This document shows, piece after piece, positions 32,922 to 45,913 of a stretch of 64,000 nt of DNA. The DNA is taken from contig NW_003314323.1 of assembly GCF_000143415.4 (NCBI RefSeq), forward strand, positions 187,208 to 251,207, in the 5' to 3' direction. Position 1 is the first letter of the stretch; every line of letters starts with the position of its first letter. The stretch comes from Selaginella moellendorffii. Lineage: Eukaryota; Plantae; Lycopodiophyta. The notes beneath the pieces are model-generated. The model was not told the origin of the DNA and ran no database searches. It saw only the letters and a program-made list of their open reading frames with translations. The position numbers and the translations under genes are program-made.

Positions 32922-34885
32922 ATGGTCCATTTCGTGGAGAGGGAGGGGATCGAGGGCCGGATCTTCCTCGTCACCGGCGGCGCTGGCTTCGTCGGATCGG
33001 CAATCTGCCTGGAGCTCGTCACTCGCGGCGCTTCCGAGGTGCGATCGCTGGACGTGAGCAAGGCATCGCGAAATCTCCCGGCGCTCAAGGCCAATGGCGT
33101 GAAATGCATCACAGGTATGGCGCTCACTGCCGGAAATCTCCGTGAATCGAGCTGCGCAGAGACAGGAAATCGCGAATTTCGCGAGGATTGATGGATGGAT
33201 TGCAGGTGATGTCCGGCGGAAAGAAGCGGTAGAGAACGCGATCAAGGGCGCGCACTGTGTGTTCCATGTGGCATCGTTTGGGAGCTTGGGCAAGCAGACG
33301 CTCCAGGCCGGGAGGATCGATCAGACCAACTTGGATGGAACTTGCAACGTCATCGATGCCTGTGTCAAGCACGGCGTGGAGAGGCTCGTGTACACGAGCA
33401 CCAACAATGTTATCTTTGGAGGACAGCCTATCATCAATGGAAACGAGGCCATGTCCTACTTCTCGATCGAGCATCACTGTGATCCTTACGGCCGGAGCAA
33501 GGCACTGGCGGAGCAACTAGTGCTACGAAGCAACAACAGGCCTTCCAAGTATGCTTTCTAGATCACCGAGTTTCACTGCTACGCTCTTCCTGGTCTTTCT
33601 ACTTCGTGGTCTTCCTGCTAAGTTCACTGCTAAGTTCTTCGTGGTTTCCTGTTCTTTCTACTTCACTGCTAAGTTCTTCGTGGCTTTCTTGTTCTTTCTA
33701 CTTCACTGCTAAGTTCTTTGTGGTTTTGCTGTTCTTTATACTTCACTGCTAAGTTCTTCGTGGTTTTCCTGTTCTTTCTACTTCACTGCTCGTGCTAAGC
33801 TCGTCGTCGTTTTCTTGTTCTTTCTAATTGACTAATGATTTCTTCGTTTCTTCCCAGAAAAGCAAGCCGCAAGCTCTACACTTGCGCTATTCGATCGCCT
33901 ATAGTCTACGGACCCGGAGAAACACTCCATCTCTCAAGAGTCCTCAGCACTGCCAAGCTCGGGCTTTTCTTTTCCAGAATCGGTGAGAGCAATGCCAGAA
34001 CCGACTTTATCTACGTCGACAATCTCGTGAATGCGCATCTACTGGCTAGCATGGCGCTCCTCGATGATGTTCCTGGAACTGGAGGCGTTCCCACGGCAGC
34101 AGGAAAAGCTTACTTCGTCTCAGATGGTACTTCACAGCCAATTCTCTTTTAACCATTAACACAACGAGCGTTTCTTTTTCACAGACGCGCCAACGAACTA
34201 CTTCGAATTCGTCCGTCCTCTCGTGGAAGGCTTGAACTACAAATTTCCACAGAGGGAGCTGAGCGTGTCGGCTGCTTTGAGATTCTCATGGTTTTTCTGG
34301 GGACTCTATGGATTGCTATATCCATGGTTGGAGAGATCGTGGATTCCAGATCCACTCTTACTTCCTTCCGAGGTCCACAAGGTTGGCCAACTCTTATTTT
34401 TCTCTTCTTGAATCTAAATTGTCTCTCTTGAACAGGTTGGAATCACACACTACTTTTCCTCTCTACGAGCACGCCAGGAGCTTGGCTACGTCCCGCTCAT
34501 CGATCAGAAGGAAGGTCTGGAGCGAACGCTTGCCTACTTGAAAGAGAAGAAGCACAGAGAGCTCGAAACGCCAACTTTCGGCTGGTGGATCGGCATCTTG
34601 GCGGCTATGTTTGCTTTGTTTTGCTCGGCCTTCGTGCCTGACCCCTTCATGGGACCATTCGAGTGCGTGCGGAGCCTGGGAGTCCTCCTCCACGGCTCGA
34701 TCCGGAACCTCAAGCTGGTGTTCCTCACCGCGTGCCTCGCTCACGCCGCGGAAGCTAGCTACGCCTGGAAGCTCGCAAAGTCTGTGGATCCCGAGAACGC
34801 GAAGGGATGGTTCTGGCAGACGCTAGCGCTCGGCTTCCCGTCCCTCAGGCTGTTGCTCGCGAGATCCAAGCGGAAGAATGCGTGA
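32922..34885 (+). CDS. 3-beta-hydroxysteroid dehydrogenase-type extended SDR (SDR42E1-like) with a C-terminal membrane domain, multi-exon
   Basis: LVTGGAGFVG, VFHVASFG, LVYTST, catalytic YGRSK, DFIYVDNLV and C-terminal WFWQTLALGFPSL. Confidence 0.9.
33571..33830. repeat. ~39-bp minisatellite in an SDR intron
   Basis: The unit cttcactgctaagttcttcgtggtttcctgttctttcta is repeated about 5-6 times. Confidence 0.85.
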
Positions 34886-35162
34886 AGAGATGGTAGAAAG
34901 AAGCTCCCTGGGAAGAGATGGATCGAAAGAAGTTCTCTGGTGAGAGATGGATAGAAAGAAGTTTCCTGTGAAGAGTGGAGTTCCCAGGAAGTTTTCGAGA
35001 GAAGTAAAATCTTTGTTTAGAGCAGCTTGGCGAATCAAGAAGAATGTTATGGTGGAAATCTCTGTTCTAAGCTCTCGAAAATAAAAGACAAAAGAGCAAT
35101 CCCAATCTCCCGTGACAGTGGAATTAATAAAAACTTGGGCACGCTCATGGTCGGTTGATAGA

Positions 35163-35949
35163 TCAGCCAGCGATGAGAGCGTACAATGACAATTCCAGAG
35201 ATTCCCTGGCCAAGTGCCTGATGTCCAGTGCCTGGATAGAGAAAATGAAGTGAAGAAGAACCAAAAAGGAAACTCCAGAGAATAGAAGAAAGATCTAGAT
35301 TTCTTATACCTTGCTGCGAATGCAAAGACTAGCCATGGCTGGACGGTTCTTGGATCCCGATCCCGGCGCCGATAATTCTCCCCGATCGATCGAGATGGTC
35401 GCGTCCTGGACGAGCAGCTGGTGCTGCCGCAAGATCCACAGCACGCTCAGCAGCAAGCCCTGGCGCATACTGCAGCTCATGCTCAAGAACACGTCGGATT
35501 CGCAGATGTGGAGCCCCACGGGGCCGCCGCCACGATCCATCGCCGGCAGCGAGGAGCTTGCGATCATCAAATTCCTTGACTTACAGCGGCGTCGATCCTC
35601 GAGCACGGATTTCCTGAGCGCCAGCTCCTGGATTTGGCGCTGCAGTGACTGGATCAGCGCCATTGCCTCGGCGATGACCTCGCATCGATCCATCTGTACA
35701 GCAAAGAAGCAAGCAAAGCATTTAGCCCTTTGTTTGATCTTGGCTGAGAATCCTAGCGATCGATCGAATGTGATGGATGCAGCGAGAGATTACTACCTTC
35801 CAGGATTGCGATTGGAGCGGTAGCAGCACGCGCAGTCGATCATACAGCTCCTGTACCTCCTTCCGCCGCTCGCGCTCCGACCAGATGTGATTGATCCGCT
35901 GCATGTAACTCCGGCTCCGCCCTCCCTGCGCCGGGATTAGATGATCCAT
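35163..35949 (-). CDS. bHLH transcription factor with C-terminal ACT-like domain, copy 1 (3 exons)
   Basis: QRINHIWSERERRKEVQELYDRLRVLLP...WK|MDRCEVIAEAMALIQSLQRQIQEL. The basic region resembles ZHOUPI-type HIWTERERRK. The ACT-like part is VFLSMSC...GLLLSVLWILRQHQLLVQDATIS, and the last exon reads ALDIRHLARESLELSLYALIAG*. Confidence 0.85.
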
Positions 35950-36158
35950 GGCCGCGATCCTCCTCCTCTCGCGCGAAGTTTTCGAAATCTTTTGGAATAG
36001 TCAAGCACCAAAGGAATTATAAATATTCCGAACTTTCTTTCCAGGGAATCACACCGTACGCGCGGTGTTTATGATCTGTATAGAAGCCCAGACTCGTGGT
36101 ACGATGCTTGCAATGCCCGTGAACGCCTGGGCGAAGTCCGTGGATCATGCCTTGGCTT

Positions 36159-36919
36159 CTACCTCATGAAGCACTGCCAGACGACGCAGCCAAGATCGCC
36201 ATCCATCAAAGGGCTTTGACCGTGTGATTGTAGCGATGCTGATGATCCAGCACTAGACGTCGCCGTTGGAGACGAGGCTGATTCTTCTGCTGGATTGCCT
36301 TGGAGGAGGTGAGTATCATGAAACTCTTCTCCTGCGGGGTCTGGAATCTCCGGCGTGGGAGGAGATGGAGGTGGGTCGCTTCTTTCATGATCTTGAGAAA
36401 CGGGTGAGTGGGCTACAAGTGCCTTGTTCCTGATGCGCGAGTTCCACTGGTTCTTCACATCGTTGTCTGTTCTTCCGGGAAGCTGGGAAGCAATGTAAGC
36501 CCACCTGTGATTGATATCAGTGATGAGGATAAAAACGTGATGGTGCCGGATCAAACACCTGTTTCCAACAAGCCCATGGAGCTCGATGAGCTTTTGATTC
36601 TCCTCGTCGCTGAATTTCCCACGTTTAAGGTCCGGTCTCAAGTAGTTCATCCACCTTAGTCTACAGCTCTTCCCACTTCTTTGGAGCCCTGCAAGAAAGC
36701 AGCGAAATCGGTCCTATAGAAAACTGAGTGAGTGAGATCGTCAATCAAACCCGCAAGCTTGGGAACAGTGGTCCATACGTTTCCACACCCGTGCTGCAGT
36801 ATGAAATTCAGCAATAGCTCGTCCTCTTCTGGCGACCACAGTCCCTTCCTCACGATCGAGCTCGAGCTCGTCGCGCCTCCCAATTCATGATCGTCGGGTT
36901 GTTCTCTTCTCGAGACCAT
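36159..36919 (-). CDS. R2R3-MYB transcription factor, copy 1 (3 exons)
   Basis: [13 protein letters not shown]...WTTVPKLAG|[26 protein letters not shown]...GNR|[21 protein letters not shown], with the canonical R2R3 intron positions. Confidence 0.92.
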
Positions 36920-37774
36920 GTATCGGTGAAGAACTTTGTGACGAGGATTTCAAAGAAGATGAATTCATTTCAAGCTTGCTCTTTTGGTCATGGATCAAAC
37001 TCATGGAAGGACAATATCAGTTGACACACATTTCTCACATTCCAACCACCAAACACAAAAACACGGTAATGTTTTCAATTTTTTTTCTTCTGTCTTCTTC
37101 TTTTTGTCTCAGCTTCATATTAAGAATCTGACAATAACTTTATTTTCTACTGTCCCAAGGTACAAAGCTTGAAAGTCCTTTCCGCAAGCTGGCCCTTTGA
37201 CAGAGATTGCAAGATTGAGGCCAATGTTTTAGATCTATAGTTCTGAGTACAGTGTTTCACCTTTTTTAATACCTTAAGATGAAATTACTATATAAAAATA
37301 AATTCTAAAAATCCAGTTTCTAAAATCTTTTTTGTGACAGAGAAATGATAAAAGAAATGCATTATGTCAAGTAACACATATTGGATTATAACTCATGCTT
37401 GAAAAAATTCACTTCAAAATATATACCATCTTAGCAGTATATGTCAAAACAATTAATATGCATCACAGAATGTTTTTCTTAGAAGAAAATCGAAATAATT
37501 TTAGTATTTTCTTTTGGAATTTTTTTAACCAAGAATAGCATCATGTTTAGGTTCAGGTTTAGTAAATCAAGGAACGTTTAGGTTCAGGTTTAGGGGGTTT
37601 TAGCGGTTACTCAAATCAAATTGGGGATGAGTATAAGTATATTCTAGGCATCAAAAATCACCTGAGACAAGGAAATGGATTTTTTGATAAAAGGGAGAAG
37701 ATGTGGAAATAGTGGTCATAGCAGCAAAGTATGGATATAGTTGCCTCCAATTTTCATGCTTGAACTTCACATCA

Positions 37775-38160
<386 letters not shown>

Positions 38161-39080
38161 TGTGAGTGCTTGGAATATGGAAAGGGAATACAAAAAATGT
38201 GCATATCAATTAACCCAAAAACCCTAGCTTATATATATGAGCGAGTGGTCCGGATTGAAACAAATCTGACGGCTACCAAATCCTACTACATTAATATTAG
38301 TATACGGCATCGTAGCTGTACACTTAGCCCTCACATCATCCCCTCTTTTTAGAATAATAAAAGACCATCAAGGTGCTTTTGTAGACAGGCCGGGATTTGG
38401 AAGAACATCATGAGGAGGCATTGGCGGATCTGTAGGTGGTATTAACTGCTCCTGATCCTGTTATATGAAGTGTTTTAATTGCTGCACATGCACAATCTTT
38501 AGAGGATTGGCCTGCTGAACATCATGCCAAACTTCATAAATTTATGGTCCAACTTGCCACAACACCTGATATGGTCCTTTCCACTGCACGAGGAGCCCCT
38601 TAGATAAACCACATACCATAAGATGGGGAAAACAAACTAACACCAAATCATCTACTTTGTACTCTGTAGGTGGACGATGATGGGAGTTGTAGTGCCATTG
38701 TTGTTCCACTTGTACGCAGCCTAAGTGTTTGGCAAACTCTGCTTGGACAAGTGGAAGAATGCTCGTCAAATACTGATCCCACGATCTAGTATCAGTAGCT
38801 TGTGGCAATTGCAAAGGTAAACCCAACTCCGTTGGTAATATTGGATCATGACTATATAAAAGTTTATATGGTGAAGCACCAATAGAACACTGCACCCTTG
38901 TGACATATGCATACTGAAGAAACGGGAAATAACCATCCCAATCCGAATGCTGAAAGTTCATATACTTCACAATCATCCCTTTGAATGTCCAAATGAGCCG
39001 TTCCACTAGACCGTCTGATTGTGGATGATAAGCACTCGTGAAAATATGGTATATCCCCAACCGAGATGTCAAAACATGAA

Positions 39081-39633
39081 TGTAAGCAACCAAAGGGAAC
39101 GATTATAGAGACGGTCCATGGGGTTCAAATATAGAGGGAAAGGGCCCATGAATAAGAGTGCACCCCCTTTTCCAATTGGTTAAGGGTCTTGGGATATTTG
39201 GGGTTAAGCGTCCTTGGGTTTGAATAGTACTGGGCTGGGTGACCTCCCGAGAAGTCCAAACTCAGGAGTTTACATTTGGTATCAGAGGGGTCTTGCAGGT
39301 GAACTTGCAGGGAAGCGTGGTGGATTGTAAGCAACCAAAGGGAACGATTCGAGAGACGGTCCATGGGGTTCAAATATAGAGGGAAACGGCCCATGAATAA
39401 GAGTGCACCCCCTTTTCCAATTGGTTAAGGGTCTTGGGATGTAAGCAACCAAAGGGAACGATTCGAGAGACGGTCCATGGGGTTCAAATATAGAGGGAAA
39501 GGGCCCATGAATAAGAGTGCACCCCCTTTTCCAATTGGTTAAGGGTCTTGGGATATTTGGGGTTAAGCGTCTTTGGGTTTAAATAGTACTGGGCTGGGTG
39601 ACCTCCCGAGAAGTCCAAACTCAGGAGTTTACA
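39081..39633 (+). mobile_element. Cassandra-type TRIM with 5S rRNA-like LTR segment, three LTR units
   Basis: ATGAA TSD (39076-80 / 39634-38). 194-bp TG..CA LTRs at 39081-39274 and 39440-39633, plus a truncated LTR at 39326-39439. PBS TGGTATCAGAG and a 51-bp internal region. 5S-like GTTAAGCGTCCTTGGG...TAGTACTGGGCTGGGTGACCTCCCGAGAAGTCC. Confidence 0.9.
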
Positions 39634-41319
39634 ATGAAATGCCTCAGCTATAAATGCGGGACTATTATCTAAAAGAATCCGGTCTGGACAAGAATGCTGG
39701 AACACCACTCGATTGAGGAGGAAGTATTCAACAGTAGTTGCAGAGGTGCTAGCAAGAGCACCAACTTCCACCCAGCGAGTTAAGTAGTCAAAAACAATAA
39801 TAACATACTCATTATCAGCAGTCGACCGTGGAAAAAATCCCATAAAATCAAACACCACCAACTTAAATGGACGGGAAACTACAATTGACTCCAACTGTCT
39901 TTCCGCAGCATGAGGAGGAGTATTACGAGCTTAGCACCAAATGCAGCTACGCACATACCGGATAATATCACGTCGCATCTCCGGCCAATAAAAAGACCTA
40001 CACAGCTTCTCGGTTACATGACAATGTCCCATATGGCCAACTAAAACAAGAGAATTATGGTAAGCATGGAGAAATTGCGGAATAAAGACAGAAGGCACCA
40101 CCAGCCGTAAATGATCATTAAGATCTGTCCCCATAAAATAAAAAAAGCTGTCTTCAAGGTGATATTGAGAATGTAAATGCTGGAAAGGCAAGTTATCAGC
40201 AAGTGATGCAGGATTCTCAAACCCATCTCGAAACTTTTGAATCCATGGCTCAATCTTTTGAGCCTTGTAAACCTCATCAAGAGAAGGTAAATCTTGCTCT
40301 GCATTTTATAGATACTGAACGTCAAGTACAACAACTGTCGACGGCACAGAATCCTTGTTTATAAAATCCACAGATGCTAGAACAATATGCTCGTCAAAAA
40401 TATAAGAAGAGAGTGGAGAAGGAAGAGGAGCTCGAGAAAGGGTATTAGCATCAGCCATAGAACTTCATATGCGATGAACAACATCAAAATCATATATCTG
40501 AAGCTTCAAAGCCCATTGAGTAGTACGACCAATTAGGTTCTTTCGCTTCAATAAAGAAGTAACAGCAGTATGGTCACTTTCAAGTAACATCCGAAAACCA
40601 TATAGATATGCATGAAGTTTCTCGAAACCCCAACCTGCTACTAAGCACTCCTTCTCTGTCGTGGAGTAATTCATCTCCACTGATTGTACTGTACGGTTTA
40701 TACACACAATGGGATGGCATTGACTAGGCACACTCGAGCTTTCTTGCATCAACACACCTCTAAGACTAATGTTAGAAACATCCATGCGCAAAATAAAAGG
40801 TTGAGTGTAGTCAGGATATGCCAAAACCGAAGGAGTCCTCAATAGCTCTTTGAGATCCACGAACGCTCGCTCACAATCTGGAGACTAGATGAAAGATGAC
40901 GTTGACGACTTCAACAATACTCAAAATTGTGCAGTGCGATCAGAAAGATAATCCACAAAACAACCGAGATATTGCACCTTGCCCAAGAAGAGTTGCACAT
41001 CATTTACACATTTCGGAGTAGGGAACTTTAGAATAGCCACAAGTTTGTCAGGATCAACAAGAAATATGGTACCCAAGATAAATTGTGTCCTTGGATCCAA
41101 ATGTGCACTTCAACCACTTTAGTGTGAGACACAAAACCCCTAGGCCCCAAAGTGGAGCCGGAAAGGGTGCCACGTGGTAGTGGCCGAAGTGAAAGCCAAA
41201 CGAGTGTAACACGTTTGGACTAAAAGCTCTGACTTGGAAGGTCGAAAGCAGGAATGGAACTCTCAACAAAGTGCTCAAGGAGCGAGCACGAAGCGAGCAA
41301 TAAGCAAGGCTCCAAAAGA

Positions 41320-41624
41320 GGACCCGAGGTGGAGTCCGAGATGGAGTCCGAGATGGACCCAAGGTGGAGTCCGATATGGAGTCCGAGATGAAGTCCGAGA
41401 TGGAGTCCGATATGGAGTCCGAGATGAAGTCCGAGATGGAGTCCGATATGGAGTCCGAGATGGAGTCCGAGATGGAGTCCGATATGGAGTTCGAGATGGA
41501 CCGAGATGGAGTCCGAGATGGACCCGAGATGGAGTCCGAGATGGACCCGAGATGGAGTCCGAGATGGAGTCCGAGATGGACCCGAGGTGGAGTCCGAGAT
41601 GGAGTCCGATGGAACCGAGACCGG

Positions 41625-41667
<43 letters not shown>

Positions 41668-41740
41668 TCCGAGTCCGAATCCGGGACCGAGACCGAGTCC
41701 GAGTCCGAGTCCAAGTCCGAGTCTGAGTCCGAGTCCGAGT
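41320..41740. repeat. 12-bp (GAGATGGAGTCC) and 6-bp (GAGACC/GAGTCC) tandem array in the 5' LTR of element B
   Basis: Seen directly in the sequence. A second copy lies at ~49574-50047 in the 3' LTR. Confidence 0.9.
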
Positions 41741-44700
41741 ACTAATACAGGCAGTTGGGCAGTTGGGTGAAAGCCCAAAGCGATCGTCCCCCAGGGGGGG
41801 GGGGGGGGGGCTGCGGGGGGTTCCAAAAGTATAGTAGGGAGAGTGTGGGGGTTGGAGCCCAGTGGAGCCAGTTTGGCCAGGAAAGGCCAGTTTGGCCCAA
41901 GAAGGCCGGACCCAGTGTTAGGTGATGAGCTGACCATTGGGAAGTCCAAGACTAGAGTGAACACGAACCGACAAGTGGGGTAGCTTGGTGAAGTGTTCAA
42001 GAGCCGGCTCTAGTTCCCCCGGGAGATCGACTGGCCGATGCTCCTAGTCCAAGTGTGGGTGGCACTACCTACTTGGATACCAGGCGTGGCTCAACAGAAC
42101 GTCGCTTTAAGCCCATGGCTAGAGCACCCAAGGGCGGAAGGCGGGGAGAGTACCCAGGTGGCTCGTGTAAGGCCACGGTGTTCCGAAATGTTGTCCCAAA
42201 GGCCCAGACTATGGAAAGAAAGAGGAGCAGTCCTCTAGGGTAGTGACCAAGGACACAGTCATGTGGTGAGGAAGTCCCAGAGGACCGTGGGACTTAGTGG
42301 TCGGGCCTACGGGCCTCGATCCAGTGGCAGTGTTGACGAACACGGCCATGGACGAAAAGGGACTTAGTGGGGACTGGAACGGAGATATTGGGGAAGGCTA
42401 ATCCCTATGTTGGTGGGCATCCTAAGGATGCTAAGGAGTGGATCTGGGATGATCACTCATGGATGGATGGCCCAGTCTTTGAGTGACGGGACCGGGATGC
42501 AGGAGGTGTCAGACCATCGTTGTGACCAAGGTGAATGGGCATGGCCTTAGCGTAACAGGCTGATATGTTGGTGGTACCTTGGGGTGTCGGTCATGGGATC
42601 GGACACGTGGAGCACTTGAACCAAGTGCACGAAGTTGAGTGGCGGGGATGCCATTCTCGGGGCTAGTAAACCCAAGTCCAAAATAGGACTTACGGAGGTT
42701 GTGAGTGAGACTCCTCCAAGTGGTCGGAGGTGCGGTTAAGTGACTAAAGCAAAATGGAAAATTTAGTCGCTTACAATTTGGTATCGGAGTTATTCCTTAG
42801 TCTGACTTTTATTGGTGCTCAAGTATATCACCATTGATGTTGGCATCGGAAGGTCCTAGGAGTGGGCCTATCCTTGAGGAGTAGCATGTCGAGAGGACAT
42901 GGCTCTCCACTCAAGTTCATGCGTGAACTTGGGCACAATGTGGTGGATAGAAAAGGGCTAATAATGGAACGACTTTGGGATTTTGGGAACAGTATAAGGT
43001 CTCCTCAGAGAGCTGAGGATATGATCCAAATGAGCATTTGACGCAGCAAACGGGCTAACGTAGTTATGATAAACAATTATAGTTGGGATCATGGGAAAGA
43101 TGTAGACTCCAAAACAATAAAAGAGTCACAAGATTATCCTCATATAGTTGAGGTTGGTGCTCATGAATGTGAGACCAGAGGTAATGACCGTGGGAGGTCA
43201 AATATGGAAGAGGACTCAAGTCCTTGAAATGGTAGCCGGGGCTACCTTTAATAAATGCTGGAACAACCCAAGGAGTTGGGGGGTGTACTTAGAGATGAGT
43301 TGGTATTCTCATCGCATGGACAAGTAGTCCTAAGGGGCAAAGGTTGCCCCCAGAGAACAAAATCAAGTGTCAGAGTAACACTTGTGAAAATAGTCCTTTT
43401 GAGTAGGATAGGAATGCAAGAAGTGTATTCCAGTGAGCTAGTGCCTCACAAGTAGGACCTTACGGGTCTGTGGATTAACCAAGTCCAAAACTGCTGGATG
43501 ACTCAAGTAAAGTCAAGGGATGATCCTAAAAGGACTGATGGAAGCATTTGGACTGAGGTGTGTGACCTCTATGATGCAGTGCTAACGGATGGTTGGCTTG
43601 AGAAAGAGTGGTATTGGTCTTGGCAAAGACTTAGACACAAAGAAGAAGTGTTATAGAGGTAGGCTCGTGGAGCCGATGGTGTGGAGACACCAAATGTGCC
43701 AAGGTGTGATACCTTGAGGCTATGTTAGTGGGTTCATGAGAACCCTTTGCCAAAGGAATCCCAATAGAAATGGGAATGGCATAGCCTAAGCTGCAGAGCA
43801 TGCAGTTGGAGTGTGGTGACCCAGATAATGATGGAGGTGTGGAAGCACCAGCAATGAGTTGTAGGACTTGACAACTACGAGGCAACTAAGCAAGAGGTGC
43901 AAAATAATTGGTTAAACGGGTAGAAGGTAGCTACCCAAGCCTTCTTAATGGCATAGGGAAGTTGGATATACCCTTACAGGGGATAAGTTGCTTATGTTGC
44001 GATATAGTAAGTCAATGTCATAAAAGGAAATACTCATTGTCAAGGAAGTTGTCATTGGGACACCCGAACACTCTAGAACACCAAGAGGTGGTGTTTGATG
44101 TCGCGAGGGCAGTAGATAAGGCCCAAGGGACTAAGTCCCTAGCGAATGATGGATAGTAGGTGCTATCCAAATGTCCAAGGTGGCAGAGACAAGAGAAGAC
44201 TGTCTACTCGAATTGGATAAAGCCAAAAATGGAATTTTGGCAAGGCTAGCGATAGGCATGCAAAGGCCCGTAAGCAACAATGTAATCCCGGTGTGTGGGA
44301 TTATAGAGTGAGCATACCTGGATTGAGGAACCACTCCCTAGGCTATCGGGTAGGTTCATCCCTAAGAATACTTGCTAAGGCATGATAGAAAGTGCAAAGC
44401 TATCCTCCTGGTCTGGAGGAGAATGACCGAAGGAAAGGTGTGAAGCCAAAAGCAAGAAGTAAGGGGATAGAACCGAACCATAGGAATCGAAGGGCATAAC
44501 CAAGGTTGGCTATGCCAGTTGGGAGTGGAGAATCAAGTGGGGGCTCGAGGGTGTTGCCGCTAGTAACCGTGATGCCATGAAGAGTCTAAAATATGGAATT
44601 GTCTATGTTAGACTATATGGTAATTGGAAAGCTTGCAAAAAAGGAGGCCTTAGCAAGCTAAAGGACAGGGTTCCTTCAAGGTTCCCAAAGATGATTCTAG

Positions 44701-45913
44701 GTAACTTAGTACCTAGAAAGGCCAAGCGTAAATGGTTCAAGGAACGCGCGAAATCAGAGTGGCGCAGCAGAAGCGTGGTCTTGAACCTTGCCATGAGGCA
44801 AAGCTATCAAGGTTAGGGAAGTAGTTCCCGAGTGTTCAAAGAGAGGGCTTTGAACGAAAGTCAATGACCAAGGGCCTTCATGCTTGTGCAGGAACCATGT
44901 TACAGTGGTCGGAGGATTTGCCAAAGCGAGATTGGCAAGTCAGGGGAACAAATACCCTAGTTGAAGGTGATAACTTCAAAAAGGGTGGGCCATGGGGCCA
45001 AGTATGGAGGAGTCCATGCATGATCACAGACTTGTCAAGTGAGAAGACTTGGCAGTGTGGAGGAACTAGGTTCCTAAGCTGTGATCTATGGCGCGCTTTG
45101 AGTATAAGTTGGTGCACCGACGTGGGGAGTCACGCCAGGCATCCTGGGTGATGCCGTCCGTAGATGCATATACGGAGGTTGGGTTCGAGTCCCGAACCTC
45201 TAGTGCTTGGGTTCGAGTCCCAACTCACTAGGGCGTGGTGATGGTTTGGAATATGAGGACACTCATTTTTCGGTGGTCATGGACTCTCAGTGTGGAGACT
45301 GGCTTGGGCACACTGCCAAGCGAGGGATGCCTCGGAGTCGTGATGCACGGTTAGATTGCTTAGTATGGCTCAGCATATCTAACTTGAACACTTTGGTGCA
45401 AGTGGCACCAAGGACGTGGTGAATGAGATGGGGACACCCAGTCTCAGTTGCTATGGACCCTTGGCTGGAAGGGCTGGCTTGGGTGCACCGCCAAGTGTGG
45501 GGGATGCCCTCGGGGTCGTAGTTAACAAGTTAAAGGTCTAGAAGACCTAGTACCTATTGACAAACCTGTTAAGGTGCTGAGGTGAGATCACTAAGTGATC
45601 TTGTGGCTAAATAAGGACAAGGTCCTTGTTTGGGCTAAGGAATAAGGTTCCTAGTTCAAAGTGTTGATTTGAACTATTGATGATGGTGTGGTTTGGTCAA
45701 GGTGACCAAGTGGGAAAAGCACCTTAGGGAAATGAGTTATGTCATTGCGATGGCATAGTGTGTCCAAGGAAAGTAGTCTCTAAAGAGACCCATGGGAGGG
45801 TCACAAAGTTGGGCCGTGGATAGAGCCCACAGCAGAAGATGCTAAAGAGACTTACTAGGGGTGAACACTCTAGTCTTGGCAAAGCAGAGCTTTTGCTATG
45901 GAATCAAAAGAAT

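Noticed and set aside
36159-36919. Classical anthocyanin/trichome MBW-complex genes
   Set aside because: The MYB lacks the bHLH-interaction motif, the bHLH lacks the MYB-interacting N-terminus, and no WD40 gene is present in the window.
39203-39257. 5S rRNA gene
   Set aside because: Only the internal ~55 nt are present, embedded in an LTR, so it belongs to the TRIM.
41220-42000. Repetitive ORFs (MESE, RDGV, GLHL) here and at 49314-50345; superficially CRISPR-like or repeat-protein-like
   Set aside because: They are 6/12-bp tandem arrays inside LTRs, open in most frames and without unique spacers.
45175-45225. Two GGTTCGAGTCC B-box/T-loop-like motifs
   Set aside because: No cloverleaf or acceptor stem; it is a short duplication within element B.
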